A stretch of DNA of 63,942 nt, the filler included, from Chiloscyllium plagiosum (taxonomy: Eukaryota), in assembly GCF_004010195.1 (NCBI RefSeq). It is 4 parts of one record of this genome, joined end to end, with 100 filler letters (N's around TTAATTAATTAA, not from the genome) between each part and the next. Parts side by side here need not be neighbours in the genome. Positions count along the whole stretch, not along the records: positions 21,251 to 48,576 come from NC_057712.1; 3 more parts are not named here. One strand, given 5' to 3'. The position numbers and the translations under genes were made by a program. How positions within the stretch are numbered: the first letter of the stretch is position 1; each line of letters begins with the position of its first letter. Positions 25,400 to 37,958 of the stretch are shown here, in pieces. The notes beneath the pieces are model-generated. The model ran no database searches, was not told the origin of the DNA, and saw only the letters and a list, made by a program, of their open reading frames with translations.

Positions 25400-26140
25400 G
25401 CCAGTACAATAGATATTACCATGGTCATGACTTTCACGACCACCCAAAGGGGCTGCTTTTTGATTTCTGCAGTCCTCAGGTTCTGCTTGAGCATCCGGCA
25501 TGGTTCTGTCACAGTGCCCCAGAGCATAAGAAGGCTGTGTCAGCATTGTACTTCACTCATCCCCAAAATTGGAGTTAGGGCTGAAAAACTCTGGGATTCC
25601 TGAAAGACCAGTGACTAATACCTCCCCTGAGCCAGTTGTCCACATCCTTCTGCTGCTCTTCCTGAGTTTGCCATTGATCCTGTTCCTCCTGCGTTCATCT
25701 TCACTTTCCTAAGTTGGCAGTGACCAATATCCCACCAAAGGTAGTATCCATGAAAAGGCCTAAAATGGGAACAGAAGCAGCAAAAGACCTTCTTCAATAT
25801 CAGAACAGTCATTGGTAATAAGAGCTGACTACACTTCATCACATAACGAGTTTCTCCAGCAATTTCTATTTTTGTCATCAAGAAGGGAGTGCCTCCAACA
25901 TCCTTCCTACTTTAGACCCCACATCAAACACTCATCTTCTCACCACACTCAGAACAGACCATTGTAGCACTTACATGACTGGTGATATCATGTAGCTCGC
26001 ACACAACCCATGGAAGTTGGATGAACAATGGTTCCTCCTTAACCAGCATTAGCCTTTTGTAACGTAATTGCTGCTAACTTCAACATCATTGAGATGCCCA
26101 ACTACAATTTGCAAGCACGAATGGCATGTTGCAAATTGCC
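25400..26140 (-). mobile_element. Very decayed PIF/Harbinger transposase relic
   Basis: Minus-strand fragments KYNAD...VTEPCRMLKQNLR resemble YN.AH..TR..IE..IG.LKQRFRCL. Confidence 0.35.
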
Positions 26141-26149
26141 TTTGACCAG

Positions 26150-29100
26150 AAGAACACCAGAAGAAATAGGAACAGGAACAATTGTTCGGCTGCTTGAGGT
26201 TGCTGCATTATTTAATGGGATCATGGCCAATCCAACATTCCTCGTGGCCATTCTCCTGTCCTTTCCCATAACTCTTGATTCCCCTACTGATCAAGAATCT
26301 ATCAATCCCAGCCTTAAATATACGCAGGGGCTCTGCCTCCACAGTTCTCTATGGCTAGATATCCAAAGACACACAACCTTTTGAGAGAAGAAATTCTTCT
26401 TCATTTCTGTCTTAAATTGGTGCCTCTTAATTCTGAGCCTATGACCTTGATCCTAGACTCTCCCATGAGGGGAAACATCCTGTCAGCATTTACCCTGTCA
26501 AGACCCTTAACAATCCTATATGTTTCAAGGAGATCATCTCTCATTCTTCTAAGCTCCAGTGAGTGCAGTCCCAATCATTTTAATCTTTGCTCATGAGGAA
26601 ATCTCTCCATACTGGTGAACCTTCTCTGGACTGCCTCCAATGAAATAATATATTTTCTTAAATAATGAGTCTAAAACTGCTCATTATATTCCAGATGTGA
26701 TCTCACCAGTACCTTGCACAGTTGTAGTAATCTTACCTTATACTCCAACATCCTTAAAATAAGGATCACCATTTCATTATCCTTCCTAATTACCTGCTGC
26801 ATCTGTGTGTTAGCATTCTGTATGTTGTGCACAAGTACCCCCAAGTCTCTTTGTGTTGTAGCTTTCTGCATTTTGTCTTCATTTAAATAATCCTCTATTC
26901 TTTTGTTCTCCCTCCCAAAATGAACAGCTCCACATTTCTCCATATCATATCACATTTGACAACTTTTTGCCCATTTACTTAATTTAATAATATGTCCCTG
27001 TAAACTGTTTGATTCATCCCGCAACCTGACTTTCATCGGCAACCTGAAAATGAACCATTTATTCCCCAATCACTATTTCCTGTCCATTAACCAATTCTCC
27101 ACCCATGCCAATATACTATCTCGTACATTATGGGCTCTTATCTTATGACTTAACCATGTTAAACCCCTTCTGAAAGTTCCCATACCTACTGGTTTCCCTC
27201 TATCCACCCTGGTTGACACTTGCTTGAAAAACTCTAATAAGTTAGTCTGGCGCCTTTCGTGAAGCCAGGCTGACTCTGCTTAATTAGATTATGATTTTAC
27301 CAAATGTCCTGTTATTAGTTCCTTAATGGTTGATTTCAGTACTTCTCCAACAATAGATGTTAGACTAATAGAGTTGTGGAGTCATACAGCACAGAAATAG
27401 ATCCTTCCAGTCCAACTCGTCCACACTGATCAAATTTTCCAAACAAAACTTGCCTGCACTTGGTACATGTCCCTCTAAATCTTTCCTATTTCTGTAACTG
27501 TCTTTCAAATGTTTTAACTGTATCTACATCTATCACTTCCTTTGTTAGTTCATTCCACATACAAATGAACCACACTCTGTGTGAAAACATTGCCGGTCAG
27601 GTCCCTTTAAAAATTTTATCCTTTCATCTTAAAAATATACCCCATAGTTTGGAACTCCTCCACCTTTCGGAAAAGACCTTTACTAGTCACCTTATCTATT
27701 ACCCTAATGATTTTATAAACTGTATAAGATCACTCCTCAACCTCCTACGCTCCAGTGAAAAAGAGCCCAACTAATGCAGCCTCTCCTTATAACTCAAACC
27801 TTCCAGGCCCAGCAACATCCTGGTAAATTTATTTTCCCACCCTCTCCAATTTAATAATTTCCTTCCTATAGCTGGGTGACCAGTACTGTACACATACTCC
27901 AAAAGTGGCCTCACCAATGTCCTCAACATGACGTCCCAACCCCATATACTGAAAGGTCTGAGCAATGAAGGTAAGAGTGCTAAATGCCTTCTTTACCATC
28001 CTGTCTACTTGTGATGCAACTTTCAAAGAGCTATTGTACCTAAACTCATAGATCTCTCTGTTGGAACACTACACAGAGCTTTATCATTAACTGTACAAAT
28101 CCTGTTCTTGTTTATTTTACCAAGATTCAATACGTCGCACTTATCCAAATTAAACTCCATCTGCCACTCCTCAGCCTATTTGTCAGATTGATCAAATTCC
28201 CTTTGTAACTGCTTATATAAATGACAAACAGGAGTCAACCTAGCACTAATCCCTGTGGAACATCGCTTGCCAAAGTCCTCCAGTCTGAAAAACAACTCTC
28301 CACCACCACCCTCTCTCTCCTACCACCAAGACAATTTTGTATCCAATTGGCAAGATCTCCCTGAATCCCATGTAATCTAACTTTACTAATCAGTCTACCA
28401 TGTGGAACCTTATTAAAGGCTTCGTTGCAGTCCATGTAGACACCTACCATTCTACCCTCATCAATCCTTTTAGTTATGTCTTCAAAAAATCTCAATCAAA
28501 TCTGTGAGACATGATTTCCCATGTGCACAGCTGTGCTGACTATTCCTAATCCATCTTTGCTTCTCCAAATGTGTTTAAACTCTATCTCTCAGAATCCCCT
28601 CCAACAACCTACCGACCACTGATGTCAGGCTCACAGGTCTATAGGTCCCAGGCTTCTCCTTACATGTTTTCTTTAATTAAGGCACAACATTAGCTACCCT
28701 TCAGCCCTCCAACACCTCACCCGTGGCTGTAGATGATACAAATATTTCTGCTAGGGGACCGACAATTTCCTCCACAACATCCTGTGATACACTTGCTTTG
28801 ATCCCCAAGATTTATCCGCCTTAATGCTTTTTAAAGACCACCATCACACACCTCTTCTGTAATGTAAGCTGTTTTCAAGAAACAATGTTTGTTCCCTGAG
28901 TTCCTGAGCTTCTATAACTTTATCTCCAGTAAACATTGATGTGAAATATTTGTTTAGTATCTCTTTCATCTCCTGTTATTCCACACATAGACAAACTCAT
29001 TGATCTTTAAGGGGCCCACATCTCTCCCTAGTTGCTGTTTTGCTCTTAATCTCTTCTGATTTATCCTTAACTCTATCTGCCAAGTGTAAGTCAGATCCCC

Positions 29101-30460
29101 TTTTCTCCCCTCTTGATTTCTGTCTTTAAAAATGCCCTCTACCCCATACTCTTCAAGAGAATCACTTGATCCCTGTTGTTGAAACCTAACACATGCCTCC
29201 TTTTGTTGACCAGATCATTATTCATCCATTGTTCCCCAAATATCAATTCTCCTGCTCTTTGGATGCTGTCTGACCTGCTGTGCTTTTCCAGCACCACACT
29301 TTCGACTCTGATCTCCAGCATCTGCAGTCCTCACTTTCTCCAACCTTACCCTTCACTCTAACAAGAACATAATGTCTCTGAACTGTGTCTGGGGTCATTC
29401 AACCCACAATGTTAACTTTGATTTCTCTCTGCAGAAGCTGCCAGACCTGCTAACCCTTCCCAGCAATTTCTATTTTTGTTTCTGATTTCTAGCAACCGCA
29501 ATTCTTTCAGTTTTTAATGATGCCTCTGTATTCATGTTACCTCACTTTTGAAAGCCTCCAACTTGCCAGTCATCCCTTTACCTGCAAGCAGTCCACTCCA
29601 ATCAGCTTTTGAAAGCTCCAGTCAGCCTATAGTTATCTGTACCTCCTTTCCCTTTTGAATGGGAATGTCACATTGGCAGTTTTCCAATCATCTGGCACTT
29701 CTCCAGAATACAAGGAATTTTGGAAAATTACAATTAATATATCCATTATCGCTGTAGCAACTTCTTTTAGAATCTTAGGGTGCAAGCCATCAGGACCCAG
29801 GGACCTATTTGCCCCTTTTTTGTCTGATATTACATCTCTAGCAATGATAATTATAGTGAACTCCTCCCCCATATTATTTAGTATTAATGGAATGCAAAGT
29901 ACTTTAGTATTAATGTTTGAAGTATCTTGCATTGATGCAAAATATCTGTTTAACTCCTCTGTTTCTCATAACCATCTCCTCAAATTCATTTTCTAAGGGG
30001 CCCATGTTCACTTTGACCTCTCTCTTGCATTTTATATATTTGAAGAAACACTCTGTCAGTTTTTATGTTCCTTGCCATCTTGACCTTGCGGTTTATGTTC
30101 TTTATCCTTCCTCCTCAACTGAATTCTGAATTTATCCCAGTCTTCGGGATATTACAGACCTTTGCCTCCTCATATGTCTCTTCTTTCCATTAATACTCTC
30201 CTTAACTTCCTTCATTAGCCATGGTGGGTTAATCCCTCTCTTAGAATCTTTCCTCCTTACTAGAATGCGTTTATATTGAGAGTCATGAATTGCTTCCTGA
30301 AATGTTTGCCACTGTTTTGCTTACTGTCATTCCTGTTAATCTAATTGTCGAGTTTCACATTAGTTGACTCTTTCCTCATTTCATGTGATCTCACTCATTC
30401 AATTAATACAATTGTTTCCTACCCAAGTTTTTCACTCCTGATCTGAATATTAAATTCTAA
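26150..30460 (-). mobile_element. Nested CR1 LINE fragments: one family at about 26150-27365 and 29630-30460, a second inserted at about 27368-29620
   Basis: Minus-strand GPDGLHP.ILKE, GEVPDDWKTANVT, FNKVPHGRL, DVPQG.VLG and LVRPLLEY; two separate 3' tails. Confidence 0.88.
29243..29341 (+). mobile_element. PLE-end module, family A, 3' part only, inside CR1
   Basis: ATTCTCCTGCTC..GGATGCTGTCTGACCTGCTGTGCTTTTCCAGCACC...CCTCACTTTCTCC. Confidence 0.8.
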
Positions 30461-30881
30461 AATTGCAACAATGGTAGGAACTTAACTAATAATTGCAGTG
30501 TTCAGTTTATTTTGCAGTTCTTAATTAGTGAAGTAAACATTGTTAGTTTTGACCTTAGGATGGAGATTATTGATGAAAGAACTGAATATAGTTAGATCGA
30601 GGACATTGCCTTGAGGAACTCCTACAGCAATATCCCAGTGTTGAGACAATTGGCCTCCAACAGCCACAAATAAATTCCTTTGTGCTGCATATGACTCATC
30701 CAGTTATTACTTTGTTCAATTATTTACAAGGAAATGCACAAGCAACATGGTTCCATAACTATTACATCAAGGCAAGGAGAATTCAGGATGTCAACATTGC
30801 GATGATGAAATCCGTGAACAGAATATAAGTACTCAAAACAAATTAACTCCCATGGATATATATTTTTATCTTGATGCATTA

Positions 30882-30900
30882 AGAGAGAGAGAGAGAGAGA
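30882..30900. repeat. (AG)n microsatellite
   Basis: About 9.5 AG units. Confidence 0.9.
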
Positions 30901-31249
30901 CAACAGATTTGATTCCTCAAATAGTCATGATAGGCATGGTGCAGGATAGGTTTTAATGAATACTGGAGAATTCCTTCGATATTGGAAACGTGCATATTGA
31001 TTTCCGTTTTCAAAAAGGGTGATTAAACAGCTAGAACCCATTTATACATAGTGTGGATTCTGGATATCTGAAATAAAAACAAAGAGTGTTTGAAAAGGTC
31101 AGGAAGTCCAGCATTTGTGGTGAGAGAAACAGAGGGTAGGATCCTCCTAGATACTGAATGACATGGGCATTGCTGAGAATGTTGGAAGAATCGTGTGAGA
31201 TCAGCAAAGAGCATCTTACTGCCATTGACAGAAATGAATGCATTTTCCA

Positions 31250-31760
31250 ATGGAAGTACTGAATGGGGAGATAAGATTCTCTCTAGTAAGCAGGAGAGGC
31301 CTTTTCACATGTATTAACATCCTTATTGTTCCATTGTCTTGCCTCATTGATATGCAGTTTCCCATTCTCCTTCCCACCGGATAAAAATTAAACAGTTGAC
31401 AATTCTCATCATAAAGGTCAGAGCAGTGACCTGGCAATTCCAGCACTCCAATGGCCACTCTGATATTCTGTGTATGATGGTCAGCATTGACATGCCATTC
31501 CTGGTGTGATTTGATGTCCATTTTCTGTCTCGGACGACAGCAACCATGTACAACCCCTATCCAGGTGGAGCTCAAGGTTTCGCAAAATGGGGTGCCAATC
31601 ACCCTCTGCCCAGGGCAAATGAAACAAATCATGCAAGGCAGCTGTGGACTGCCAGTGTTTGACCAAATGCACAGCTAGGCTTTAAAGGTCATCCCGGCAA
31701 CAGGAATTCCAAAAGGACCTGACCAGAGAGGATACTTCCATCTGTGGTGAGTGTGCCAAG
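31250..31760 (-). mobile_element. Very decayed PIF/Harbinger transposase relic
   Basis: Fragments LHDLF, LDRG.TWLL and VNADHHTQNIRVAIGVLEL occur in the expected DDE-domain order. Confidence 0.35.
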
Positions 31761-31989
31761 GGGAGGGGGGAGGAGGAAGCGGAATGGGCATGATGAGATG
31801 AGTTTAGGAAGATACTTTGAGAAAATGTTCTACTCTTCATAGAGAGAAACCCTTCATGAAACTCACCACAACAGACACTTAGATGACTTTTTAGTAAGAT
31901 TCAGTCCAATTTTAAATTTCAAATTAAGAGATGTTCTTCAGATCTTAATGAAGGAAAATGTGTAATAGATTTTGGGGGAGCGGTTTGGT

Positions 31990-32290
31990 GTAAAAGAAAA
32001 GAAGATCTGAGATAGGTTACTGGGTGGGCAAGATAAAGTATCAAAGCTAACATGGAACAAAAGAAAAGGGAGTGGTGATGATTATAATAAAGAAACAAAG
32101 TAGTGGCCTCAAATGGATGTTAATGGCAGAATAAAGAACAATATTGACTGAAAGCAAAACTATGATACAGACAGGCTCTTGATTAAACAAAAGAATCAGA
32201 ATGGGCACAGTGATCATGATCTGAAATTATTCAGTTCAACATTGAATCTGGAAGGCTGCAAACTGCTCAATTGGAAAACGAGATCTGAGA
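31990..32290 (-). mobile_element. PLE 3' fragment (end of the GIY-YIG-containing ORF plus UTR)
   Basis: Minus strand LVFQLSSLQPSRFNVELNNFRS resembles PLE C-terminal LIFRLGTLQP.GLN.EF.NF. Confidence 0.6.
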
Positions 32291-32951
32291 TCATCAATCC
32301 TCCCTTAATTCTGCGTAGAATAGTCCTCACCAGAAGTTAACTTTGTGAATTGCTTGTATGATAATTTGGTTATCCCACTACTTTGTCAATATTTGCTGTT
32401 ACCATTACTGTTGCTGATACTCTTGTCCAAACTTATATCACATTAGGTTTTGATTTGTGAATCCCAGAGGTTCCTTTCTATATAAATTCAAAATTATTGA
32501 AGACATATTGTCTGAATTCTGTCCTACATTAAATCGTTTTATCCATCATCCATGTCCTCTTGTATGTGACTGCTGTTGTTACTAATAATTCATGATGCAT
32601 ATCACAATCACATATCCATTACCATAATTAGCCTTTTAGCTAATATGGATGCAAAGGGTCCAATCCAGTTTAATTGATCCTGCAAGGGTTTTGCTGAAAT
32701 GTTTGTACACCTGGCTTCAAGAAAGGGACTAAAGTTTGTCCATCCTTCCATTGAATCTGGAGAATGTGGCAGCAGCATTACTTGTTGACAGCTGCTTTGT
32801 CCATTTGGACTATGTTGACTTGCAAAGGTCTGTATTGTCAAATATTCACTGCCATATTTAGGTGAAGGAGGAAATTGATGCTGCTGATCTGATGTTGGAT
32901 CTCCTCATCACTGATGGCCTTTTCAGAGACATGGCTGGCAAGGTATAGGGA

Positions 32952-33810
32952 GTAAAAACAGAAATTGCTGCCAAAGCTCAGCAGATCTAGCAGCATCTGT
33001 GGAGAGAAATCAGAATTAACATTTCACGTTCAGTGATCCTTCCTCAGAACTAATTGTAGTTAGGAAAATATCATTTTTCATGAGGATGATAGGGTGGGGG
33101 AGGGAAGTTAGGATTGAGTTCTTAGTGCAGGCTGGATAGACTGGGAGTTTTTTCACTGGAGCATAGAAGGTTGAAAAGTGACCTTATACAGGTTTATAAA
33201 ATCATGTGGGGTCTAGATAGGGTTAATAGTAGGTGTCCTTTTCCCTAAGATGAGGGATTTTAAGATTAGGGGGCATATTTTTAAGGTGAGAGGATAAAGG
33301 TTTAAAAGAGACATGAGGAGCAAATTTCTTACACAGAGTGTCATTTGCATATGGAATGAACTTCCTGAGGAAGTGGTGGATATGTGCACAATTGCAACGT
33401 TTAAAAGACACTTAGGTAAGTACATGAATAGGAAAGGTCTGGAAGGATATACGCCAGGAGAAGGCGGGGGTCTAGTTTAATTTGAGATTATGTTCAGCAT
33501 GAATTGGTTGGACTGAAACCTCTGTTTCCCTGCTGTATGATTCTATGACTACCTCAGGAAACCTGGACAGACAAAATGTGGATAAGGATCTGGTCTGAAG
33601 AATGAGTAGCTATTTTGGTGATGGATAGTGGCTAACAGTGGCTCGTGTGTGCTAGCAGACCAGGTGATTACAAGACCTAGTGTGTGGGGGCGGGGAAAGG
33701 GCATGGGAGAAGGTGCATCAGGCTTGAAAGTTGTTGAACTTGATATTGAGTCCAGAAGACTATAGAATTCTCCAGTGGAAAATGAAATGTTGTTCTTCCG
33801 GCTTGTGCAG
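32952..33810 (-). mobile_element. PLE 3' end interrupted by a CR1 3' fragment (about 33125-33550, + strand)
   Basis: Minus strand EEQHFIF...SSGLNIKFNNF and CTGAGGAAGGATCAC..GAAA at about 33047-33022; the CR1 tail ends TATGATTCTATGA. Confidence 0.7.
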
Positions 33811-36329
33811 AATTTTCTGTTTTTGTTTCTGTTTTCAGAGAATTGAAGAGATTGAGTTTGACTTGTAATTGTGATGTATAGGAGCAGATATCTACACACT
33901 GCAGGCCAACTATGCCAATGGAATTTAGGTTTGATATAAACCTGACTGAAGTTAAACAGTTATCCACTTATATGATATTTAACATTAAATGCCAGAGTGT
34001 TGAAGAACTATTAAAATAGAGAAATCTCCAATGAGAATACTTGAGTTCCATGGTCTGAGACCATGGAATGCTTGAAACTGGCTGCTTCAGGATTGCTATT
34101 TTAATCATGAGCGCTGAAACTCAATGCAGCATCAAGAAATGTGCATATCTTGTTATACTTACATTCAATACCATCTTTATATATTGAAAATGAAAAGTTA
34201 CCTGTTCAGTTTGAAAGAGACAGACACTGGAGTTAGATTTAGATCTTACAAACTAGATTGCTGTAGCTTACTTTGAATAATAAAGCAAAGGGAGAAAGTG
34301 ACATGAACTGTTAACAATAAAGAAACTGGAAACTCTTTCACTCTTCATCTCTCTTTCTCTCACCCAATTTCCCTCAAGCTCAGAAACTAATTGATATAAA
34401 GCAACAATAATACACTGAGAACATCATAACATTTGTACCAACGTTACTAACAGGTTCCAAGCCAGTGGCAAAGCAGTTGGGCCTCAGTTTCACTCTTCTA
34501 ATTCAAAGCCTCCAAAACAACCTGTAAATTGAACTGCCTTCACCTTCCTGTTTGTGCTAAACATTTCTCCCCTCTCTTTTTTGCAAGCACAGGATCTGTA
34601 ATTGTTTGATGTCGCATTATATTCTATATTTGGGGAGGCAATAAGTAATGTGGAATTTGTTCTTCTTCAACTTTTATCGAGTTAATTGGGTAGAATTGAA
34701 ATGAAAGAGCTATATGTATAAAAAAAGGGAAAAAGAAAGAACGCTAACTGATATACAGCTAATATGGGAGAGCCACGACACCTCCTCACTAGGTCATAAC
34801 AACAGTTATTACAGTATCTCTGCATTTTGATGTCTATGAAGTAATAGTGGTCCTCGACATAGTGAGAAATGTTTTAAGATGGGCAAATTTAATCTGCTGT
34901 CCTGCATGGCCATTTGGAACAGGTGGTCACATTCGTAGCCTCTTAGCACCTCAAGTGATGTCATCAAAAATTCTGAAATGGAAGGATCTGTTGGTCAGGT
35001 TAATTACATGCTTTCCAAAAAGTGACCATAAAATGTTTTCTAAAATTGTGGACACTAAAACTCCCCTCCCCACCAGACTAGTCCATTCAACATGCCTGGA
35101 GAGGTACAAGAATAGCTGTAATGAAATACACCATTCAACATGGTGTGTCACTACATCAGCACTAACAAGCAATGGCAAGTTGGTTAGCTCAGTTGGTGGG
35201 ATGGTTGCTTTGCAATGCACAGCAAAGCCAATAGCATGGGTTCAATTCCCACACTGGCTGAATTTACTATTCTCAACTGTGGTATGATGACCCTCAATTT
35301 AAATAAGAGAGTATCCCTGTGATCCAGGAGGACTATGGTGACTATAATATTCCCTAACACATTGTATTCTATATCTAAGTGAAAAGAAAGCTTTTAAGAT
35401 GGTTGATAGGATCTTCCTATTCCCCGTAATGGAGTACACATTCTTTGGATTCTTTCATAATGAACCATGCCTGCAATGCAGCCTTCAAAGGAGGACCAGG
35501 CAGCTTGCATTCTCTCTGAATTTGAAACCCTGGCCTTACGAAAGAAGTCTATCCATTTATGCATGTCAGAGAAATGAGTCAAAGATTACCACCAGCCTTA
35601 TGCATATGATATCTTCCACTGTAGTTTCTAATCTAATTACATCATTCATCAGCAAATTTAAAACTTTCAATGAATTCAGAACATTTTTAGGAATTTATTT
35701 TCCATAATGAGCTGCATTATTCTTTTTCTTACCTTTTGCCTGCAGTATCTCAAAACAAATCTAACAAGCAATTGTTTTATGGTAATGACCTGAATAAAGT
35801 AGGCATAATAGCGATAAATGAATACCAATCTACAAATGATAATAATAATGTCCTATCATGCCAGTGTCTTACAAAAATAACAGCCAGTCTGTTTATCTGT
35901 TGAAGAGACTCAATATTCCCTGCCATTTTACCTGCCCTTTCTATATAATCCATTACTTAATATGGAGTTATTGACCTATTTTTCTCATTTTGATTAAATT
36001 TAACATAATTCACAAGCTTGTGAAATGTCAGAGGAAAATACCATTGTCAGATTTGTGTCACAGATCCAAACCTTGTAAATCCACCTCTGTATCTGTGATG
36101 TGAAGAATGTAATACAAAGTAGATTTGATATAAAAGAGAGACCTTAAATAATTTCCCTTTTATGGTTCTCCCAAATCTTTATATCTTGCCCTGAGCAAAA
36201 TGGAATGAATACAAGGAGGCTTTTCTCAAAACTCTCCAAATCCCCTCTTGGGCTCACTGCTGACAGTTCAAAGACATCCCAGGGTCATTTGTTGTGAAAC
36301 ATGAGCTCCTTTCACTTGGTTAAAGTACA

Positions 36330-36900
36330 TGACCTTCTGTTAAACAATCCACTCAATGTGTCCATCAACATATTCAAGACTAAACAATCGTAACGTCTCA
36401 TCACTGGCTTTGATGGAAATATCCGGTGAGCAAATATATCTTTGGATACAAAACCACTTAGTTCAGCTACAAAATCGAAAGTGGGCCATAAACCAAATTT
36501 CTTAATCCAAACAACCTGAGTTGTTCTGGAGTCAGGGAAAGGTGACGCACATACATATCACTGGAGTCCCTCAGTCTGTTTTATTCTGCACAACTTATAA
36601 CACAATATACAAGTCAGAAGCTTGTAGTCTTGACAGTTCTTTGGTGAGCAATGGCTGGAATCTTCAGATCATTCCACTGCATTAGGCTAAGTTCCATGTC
36701 AAAGTCACGGCCAGCACTTATTCATTGGCAGGCTGATCACACATTTCCAGTGGCGACTGATTGCTTGATCAGTCGAAGGGTCCTACACATTTAAAGTCTG
36801 AACACACCTCCTAAAGCTCAGTGCCATTCAAATCTGTCAAAACCTGTGATGCTATTGGGTCATTTCAGAGCAGTTATATGGCTCAGACAGGAACACCTGG
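36330..36900 (-). mobile_element. Possible Gypsy integrase relic
   Basis: Fragments HIT.., NG..RCVQTL and ATG...GR in different frames; weak. Confidence 0.3.
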
Positions 36901-37734
36901 ATACCAAGACATGACAGTGGAAGTGCAGGTGGAGTGAGTTACGATACACAGTCAAGTCATGTTACCCTTGGATGGTAAGAAGGTTCTCAGGACAGTAAAT
37001 ACTGCTACAAGAATGGAGGAAAGTGGGCATCAGTGTCAATGCCTGTACATCACCCCTGGAACATGATTAGTTAGACAAGTGGCAAATGAAATTTAATGCA
37101 AGAAGTGCAAAAAGATTCATTTTGATTGGAAGAATGCGGAGACACAATATAAAACCAAGGGTGCATGAGCAAGGTTTTGAATGTGTAAGTGCACAAATCA
37201 TTAAAGATGGGAGGACAGGCTGAGGGACTTTCTAGTATTTTTCATAAGATGGATGTAAGGTTAACTTATCTCTCTTTTCCTGCTTTCTATCTTCCTACCT
37301 TCTTGAATAGTGGTCTACAAATTTCTAATCTGCTTTAATCACTCCAGAATCTAGAGAATTCTGAAAAATGTTCAACAATATATCTACAATTTATGTATCT
37401 ACTTCTTTTAAGACCCAAGCATTCAGGCCTTCAGGTATAAAGAATTTATTAGCCGTTAGTTCGATTAGTTTCATGAGTACCTTGACCGCAATGACGGTGA
37501 TTATTTTAAGCTCCTCCCTTGCTTTCACCTCTGAACTTTCAAATGTTCTTGGAATTTCTTGGCATCTTCTAAAGTGCAGGCAAACATAAAATGCCTGCCC
37601 AACTCCCGCCATTCCTATAATTTTTGATTTCATCAGTTTCATTCTCTACAGAGCTAAAATTCACTTTAGTCACTCTTTTATGTTTGAAATACTTTTAGAA
37701 ATTCTTACTGCTTAGTATTTTGTCATTCTTGTTT

Positions 37735-37958
37735 TGGTGAAGCAGTAATGTTAGTTGGCTCGTAATCTTGAATGTCAGGTTTATAGTCAGGGGCTGTGAA
37801 TTGAAATGGCAGATGGTGAAACTTGAATTCAATAAAATCTGGAAATAAAAGCTAAATCTAAAGACACCCATGTAATAATTGTTGATTGTTGTAAAAACCC
37901 AACTAGTTCATTGATGCCCTTAAAGGAAATATAACTGCCATCCTTATCTAGTCTAGCC
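37735..37958 (+). mobile_element. Older SINE, 5' part; continues at 41973-42068 after the CR1 insertion
   Basis: GGCAGATGGTGAAACTTGAATTCAATAAAATCTGGAA...GTAAAAACCC...CTGCCATCCTTA. The distal part resumes with GACCCACA..ATGTGG.T.ACTCTT. Confidence 0.6.

Noticed and set aside
34100..34801. Possible solo LTR ending GGTCATAACA
   Set aside because: I could not define a 5' boundary, TSD or second copy, so it is not listed as a feature.
35881..35895. TDWL peptide as part of the missing SNTG2 exon
   Set aside because: An in-frame stop follows three codons later, and the flanks do not match.
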